This document shows, piece after piece, positions 58,525 to 62,563 of a DNA stretch of 62,563 bases. Below the pieces are notes generated by a model. The model was not told the DNA's origin and searched no databases. It worked only from the letters and a program-made list of their open reading frames with translations. Position 1 is the first letter of the stretch, and each line of letters opens with the position of its first letter. Origin of the DNA: Desulfobacterales bacterium (lineage in GTDB: Bacteria; Desulfobacterota; Desulfobacteria; Desulfobacterales; DTYH01); contig DTYH01000048.1 in NCBI GenBank assembly GCA_012961955.1, positions 1 through 62,563 of the forward strand, read 5' to 3'. The translations under genes were made by a program, and so were the position numbers.

Positions 58525-59310
58525 CTAGTCATAATATTCTGGCGCCAACTTAAATTTTTTCCAGCCATCAGGATCATGGCCGGTAACAATCTTAATTCCC
58601 AGGACATCATTGGCATATCGAATTCGTTTGATGGACTTAACGGCTTCCCCGCAGCTCCATACCAGCCCTGGTAGGACATCTTCGTTAAGGATTTCTGTTG
58701 TATAGCAGGCATCTCCGGTCAGCATCATAGGGCCAGAGTTTTCAAGTTTTACTACCATTGTTTGATGACCAGGGGTATGTCCAGGGGTAAACCAAAGCTC
58801 AATCAAGCCATCTCCAAAAAGATCGTAGGGATCCTCTCGCCAGCCTTCTATTAATACCCAGTTAGGAGAGACATCGAAATCAGCTCTGATATAAGCCGCT
58901 TTCTGATAGAAATCTGGTGTATATGCCCATTGTAATTCTTCCCGCTGCACATAGACCTTAGCATGCGGAAAATCCCTAAGCCCCCCGGCATGATCTAAGT
59001 GAAGATGAGAAAGCACGATATGAGTAATGTCTTCTGGTTTGAGTCCTACTTTTGCCAGTTGATTAACCACATACTGGTCCTCGCTCATGACCGGCTCGTA
59101 GACATCGACTACGGCCCCCCAATGCCCTCTCGCATCTATGGCCAATTCTTTTGCATTGCCCGTATCGTAAAGGACATTTCCTTTAGGATGGGTGATCAGG
59201 AAAAAAGGGACTGGAATTTCAAACATTGTCCCAACATCCCTTCCCATGGTGATCAAGGATTTATCGCACCTTAGAATGCCACACTCAAAAAAATACAATT
59301 TCATACCCAT
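58525..59310 (-). CDS. metallo-beta-lactamase-fold lactonase (AiiA/N-acyl-homoserine-lactonase-like)
   Basis: HLHLDHAGG zinc motif, ~260 aa, and TPGHTPGH later. AGGAGGG SD lies before the ATG at 59310. Confidence 0.7.
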   Translation of the reverse strand: MGMKLYFFECGILRCDKSLITMGRDVGTMFEIPVPFFLITHPKGNVLYDTGNAKELAIDARGHWGAVVDVYEPVMSEDQYVVNQLAKVGLKPEDITHIVLSHLHLDHAGGLRDFPHAKVYVQREELQWAYTPDFYQKAAYIRADFDVSPNWVLIEGWREDPYDLFGDGLIELWFTPGHTPGHQTMVVKLENSGPMMLTGDACYTTEILNEDVLPGLVWSCGEAVKSIKRIRYANDVLGIKIVTGHDPDGWKKFKLAPEYYD

Positions 59311-59879
59311 TGTGTACCCTCCTTTTTTGCTATTAAACAAATAAAGATCTCTGATATTCCAAGGCCGTAAATGATTGAAGAGTTATTCCCTCACTGGTAT
59401 TTGCATCTGGGGACATTTTACAACTTCCGACCAACATGAACCAAATATAAACAAATACTCTAGTCTCTCACCCCCTTTGCTAAGAAATTTCGCATATCCA
59501 TTTTTAAGCCAAAAACTGAGTCTACGCCCCGGGTATACCAGAAGATCGCCCATATCAGGCGTAAAGGCGCAGCCATAAAAGGTCTTCATGCAAACGCCTA
59601 CGTTACTGTCTGCTTGACTATTTAACGCGTTGCTTACCGGTTGCTTATTGATTTTAAGATTGTTGATTCTTCGAAAAAAAAGAATGTCCCCCTATGCAAA
59701 AGGTTGCTCTTAACATCAAAGATGAGCTATTTAATAAGATATTTAATTGATCACCAGACGCCCTTTGGGAACGAAAATATCGTATTGTCTGATGTCACAA
59801 GTATCGTTCATGATTTTAAAACGTGAAGTTGGCAGATGACTTCGTAATATCATCAGAACAACTGTAAAGATTCTCCTTG

Positions 59880-60040
59880 TTGACCAAGAGCATTTTGAGC
59901 GCGTTTGAAACATTTGGCTAAAATTCTACAACTGGGGCTTGCACCCTCTAACGACTAGAATTCCTGAACACTGAGTATTTCAAATGCCTTTCTCACAAAA
60001 TACTCAAAATCGTACACAAAAGAGCTTTTACGAAACGATC
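59880..60040. mobile_element. family-1 MITE, long form, left end eroded
   Basis: The interior GGCTAAAATTC... and right terminus CGTACACAAAAGAGCTTTTACGAAACGATC match the other long copies. Confidence 0.65.
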
Positions 60041-60596
60041 AATTATGCAATTGAAAGTAAATTAAGATAGTGATTGAGATATTATCCGAAATTCGGAAAC
60101 TGATATGAGATAAGTTTTTTATCTCTTGATCCAGGATATCCACACGTAAGCATCTATTTTTCACCAAAGAGATTGACATCATTGAATTAGTGTGTCTTCA
60201 GGAAAAAGAACACCAGGCTGTTAAACAGGATGATGGTCGGGCTACAAATTCGTGATACACCGTGCAGTATACAGCCGCACCAAATCCGTTTGTTGTTATT
60301 ACCGCCGCCCAGGTACTCGGTTTGGGAAGTGGACGGAAGGCTGTGGGGCAAGAGCCGTGCTAATCGGTGTGAACTTGAACTGAAGAAAAGGTTCAACGGT
60401 AGGAAATCCTGAGCCAAGCATATTAATTTACCAACAGTTGGTCTGGTAAATCAGCTCTAAATAAGAAAGAAGATCACGATACCGGCAGTGGGGCAAAGAC
60501 AGACTCCACAGTCCCGCACTTGGTAAAAGTAAAAGATCCTTTTTCCGCGTCGATCGAAGGTTGAGTCTCTGTTCTGGGAACATCCTATTATCAAGT

Positions 60597-60653
60597 AATT
60601 GTCGACTGTCGACAATTATATACATGCATATATTTGATTTTCTGTTTTGTCAA
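60597..60653 (-). promoter_or_regulatory. putative promoter with perfect 21-nt palindromic operator
   Basis: AATTGTCGAC-T-GTCGACAATT (60597-60617). On the minus strand: TTGACA (60648-60653), a 17-nt spacer, then TATGCA (60625-60630). Same layout as 45011-45066. Confidence 0.45.
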
Positions 60654-60679
60654 GAAAAAAGTTCTTCCAACACGATTCA

Positions 60680-60794
60680 CCCCGTTAGGAAAGCCGCCGA
60701 TTTCAATCGGTGGTTATTACCGCTTAGATCTGACGGCGGTCTAAAGCCACCGTCAGCGTAGGCCGTTTGAGGAAGTAGTTCTTTAACGGGGTTT
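60680..60794. repeat. family-3 structured hairpin element (variant interior)
   Basis: Outer stem ACCCCGTTAGGAAAGCC...CTTTAACGGGGTTT. Inner hairpin CTGACGGCGG-tctaaag-CCACCGTCAG. Confidence 0.7.
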
Positions 60795-60905
60795 ATTTAA
60801 TAAATATTGGTGCAAAGGTCAAAAATCCTAACTACTTGCCAGATCACACCTTTCTCTTGGGGTGCATTGGTGCCAACTCTTGAATCTCAGCGGTCCACCT
60901 ATGGA

Positions 60906-61757
60906 TCATTTCTCTACCCTATCGATCCATATACCGTCTTTTGTATAATTAGATGCCACCTCCTTTAGTTCCGTTCTCTTCTCCAAAAATCTCTCCTTCA
61001 TCCCCTTCAGCCATTCTTTGTGTTCCTTGGCTTCCTTGTACGTCATAAAGAAGCTGCTTTGTCCCGGTTTGATATCTATCCTGAAGCTCCCGTTCACTGG
61101 CGAAATCTTTCCTTCATGTCTGCAGACCATACACTTGATCCTCTTCCCTGGAAGGAACTGGAAAATATCACTGAAGCATACAGGACATAGGTAATCTTTT
61201 TGTTCCTTCCGATACCCGTTGTCGAAGAGTATCCTTCCCAGATGAGCAGCCCTTTTCTTGTTTTTCTCATCCAACAAGACTTCACCCGGGAGGGCACCGA
61301 AGAATACGGCATTTTCCTTTACATCGAGACCCATAAACCTGGCCAAAATAGCAAGACCCGCACTTGTGTACCCCTCTTGACCCTCTACGCCTGCCACAGT
61401 AACAGTTATCGCTGGCTTGCCCCAGATCTGATCAAGACAGGTGTAGAATTGCAGGCCCCGATCCAGGAACAACTTAATGCTGGCATTTGGTCCAAGCAGG
61501 TAACACGGTGCAGCAATTATGATAGCATCGGTCTCCTTCAAGTTATCCATGACCAGTTTAAAATCATCATGTATGGGACACTGATCCTCAGTAATACATT
61601 TGTAACAAGCTCTGCACGGCTTGATCTGAAGGCGGGGTAACCTAATCAACCTGAGGATATGCTCTTCTGTTACATTACGACAAATCTCTTTTACCAGGAG
61701 CTCACTGTTCCCAGCCTTCCTTGGTGACCCTATAATACCCAGGATGTTCTTCATCAA
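60906..61757 (-). CDS. iron-sulfur flavoprotein-like (flavodoxin-fold FMN reductase with compact Cys motif and C-terminal zinc-ribbon extension)
   Basis: ILGIIGSPRKAGNSE flavodoxin-like N-terminus, a CRACYKCITEDQC (CX2CX2CX5C) motif, and later CPVC...CMVC. Confidence 0.75.
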   Translation of the reverse strand: MMKNILGIIGSPRKAGNSELLVKEICRNVTEEHILRLIRLPRLQIKPCRACYKCITEDQCPIHDDFKLVMDNLKETDAIIIAAPCYLLGPNASIKLFLDRGLQFYTCLDQIWGKPAITVTVAGVEGQEGYTSAGLAILARFMGLDVKENAVFFGALPGEVLLDEKNKKRAAHLGRILFDNGYRKEQKDYLCPVCFSDIFQFLPGKRIKCMVCRHEGKISPVNGSFRIDIKPGQSSFFMTYKEAKEHKEWLKGMKERFLEKRTELKEVASNYTKDGIWIDRVEK

Positions 61758-61791
61758 AAGACTCCTTTCTTGATCGGACTGCTAAATAGGG

Positions 61792-62325
61792 TTACTTGAA
61801 TTCAATATCAAAGTCGCATGTTCCGTTGCTCCCGATGCTCACAAGCTTGCTGTAATGGACTGAAAAGAGATGCTCCTTACTGTCAGGTGAACCATGAAGA
61901 CCAACGATATCGGCAATAAACAGGGTGTGATCGCCTGTATCCACATCGTTTATCACTTTACACTCAAAGGCTACTGTCGAGCCCTGAATAAGTGGGGGTT
62001 TTACGTTCTTTGCAGGAATAGGAGTGAATCCCCCTTGCTCGAATTTATCTATGTCACGACCAGATTTTGTTCCGCATAGCCAAGCACCCTTTTCCTGACC
62101 TTTGGAGGGAAAACAAATCACAAATTCTTTACAGTGTTTGAGACAATCGTGTGAATAATTTCTCTTTGCCACAGAGACCGCCATCATCTGTGGATCCCAG
62201 GATACAATCGTCCACCAGGAAAGCCCCATAATATTAGGTTTTCCTGCCTTGTCTAATGTCACAAGAAGTGTATAGGGATATGGTGACCCCAGCTCTATGG
62301 CTTGATTCCAGGAAATTTCTTGCAT
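61792..62325 (-). CDS. flavin reductase-like (FMN-binding split-barrel) protein
   Basis: 177 aa. The pattern PYPYTLLVT...GKPNIMGLSWWT...ICFPS matches flavoredoxin/flavin-reductase-domain proteins. Confidence 0.75.
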   Translation of the reverse strand: MQEISWNQAIELGSPYPYTLLVTLDKAGKPNIMGLSWWTIVSWDPQMMAVSVAKRNYSHDCLKHCKEFVICFPSKGQEKGAWLCGTKSGRDIDKFEQGGFTPIPAKNVKPPLIQGSTVAFECKVINDVDTGDHTLFIADIVGLHGSPDSKEHLFSVHYSKLVSIGSNGTCDFDIEFK

Positions 62326-62478
62326 GATATGCCCTCCTTTCGCTTTTTGATCAATAATGCCTATATCCTATATAAGGATGTTCAGTGTATGTTATCAAAA
62401 AACAGAAAAGAAATAAATATTTCTGTTCGAAAATTCATGATCACAGTATAGTTCATAGGAGAAGGGGGTTCCATAAAC

Positions 62479-62520
62479 AAAAAAAAATAGGCAATTAACC
62501 GTTACGGTCTAATTGCCTAT
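62479..62520 (-). terminator. rho-independent terminator for a minus-strand gene beyond the window edge
   Basis: 11-bp stem ATAGGCAATTA/TAATTGCCTAT with a 12-nt loop, followed on the minus strand by a run of 8 T. Confidence 0.7.
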
Positions 62521-62563
62521 CGATAAAAATAAAGTCCTTTATCTCAACAATCCAAAGTAGTAA

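Noticed and set aside
59383-59589. 68-aa minus-strand ORF MKTFYGCAFTPDMGDLLVYPGRRLSFWLKNGYAKFL...
   Set aside because: No SD and no family recognised. It is embedded in an ORF-poor, repeat-bearing interval and may be a fragment of a lost gene.
60615-60620. Perfect TATAAT on the minus strand inside the palindromic operator, considered as the true -10
   Set aside because: It lies 27 nt from the TTGACA box with no alternative -35 or extended -10 TG. I kept the TTGACA-17-TATGCA reading, but promoter assignment here is uncertain.
1-62563. Looked on both strands for CRISPR arrays, rRNA and tRNA genes (for example GGTTCGAAT-type T-arms)
   Set aside because: None seen. All repeated sequences are dispersed inverted-repeat elements, not regularly spaced direct repeats. 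A computational tRNA or Rfam scan would be needed for certainty.

Overview
Bacterial chromosomal window. By gene content it looks like an anaerobic, deltaproteobacterium-like organism, but that is inference and no database was searched. From ~25.7 kb to 62.3 kb almost every gene is on the minus strand. I found no rRNA, tRNA or CRISPR array.

Gene content, left to right:
- A two-component system broken by an IS256-like fragment, next to a stand-alone octahaem HAO-family cytochrome c.
- A decaying accessory islet (3.2-9.0 kb): rearranged IS21 remnant, an orphan 274-aa ORF, a frameshifted nucleotidyltransferase pair, and an intact Phd/VapC toxin-antitoxin pair.
- Housekeeping genes: nfo, a GldA/F/G-like ABC system plus DUF4340, dnaJ, hldE, apgM-type mutase, thrC.
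- A ~21-kb co-directional redox and organic-acid array: two AEC transporters, then DUF6282-like, GlcD-like, GlcF-like, PrpD-family, SucCD-like, HD, ferredoxin, GntR, then sdhC-sdhA-sdhB, a membrane Fe-S (CCG) oxidoreductase and etfBA.
- A second array: MBL lactonase, HOT-type Fe-alcohol dehydrogenase, tungsten-type aldehyde:ferredoxin oxidoreductase, etfB, ferredoxin-fused etfA and a GlcD-like dehydrogenase.

Main nucleotide-level signal: intergenic DNA is densely colonised by at least three dispersed inverted-repeat families.
- Family 1 is a MITE with at least 12 copies. One copy has perfect 23-nt TIRs and a 9-bp target duplication and splits sucC from sucD.
- Family 2 is a ~320-bp element with three copies, two bracketing sdhA. 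Its central core occurs in both orientations relative to its termini.
- Family 3 is a structured hairpin element with six copies.

Several gene 3' ends lie inside or directly against these repeats. Two minus-strand promoter-like regions share a TGTCGA-N-TGTCGAC operator, a candidate site for the local GntR regulator.

All functional calls come from motif recognition by eye. Pathway proposals are inference. I cannot point to one clearly new system.
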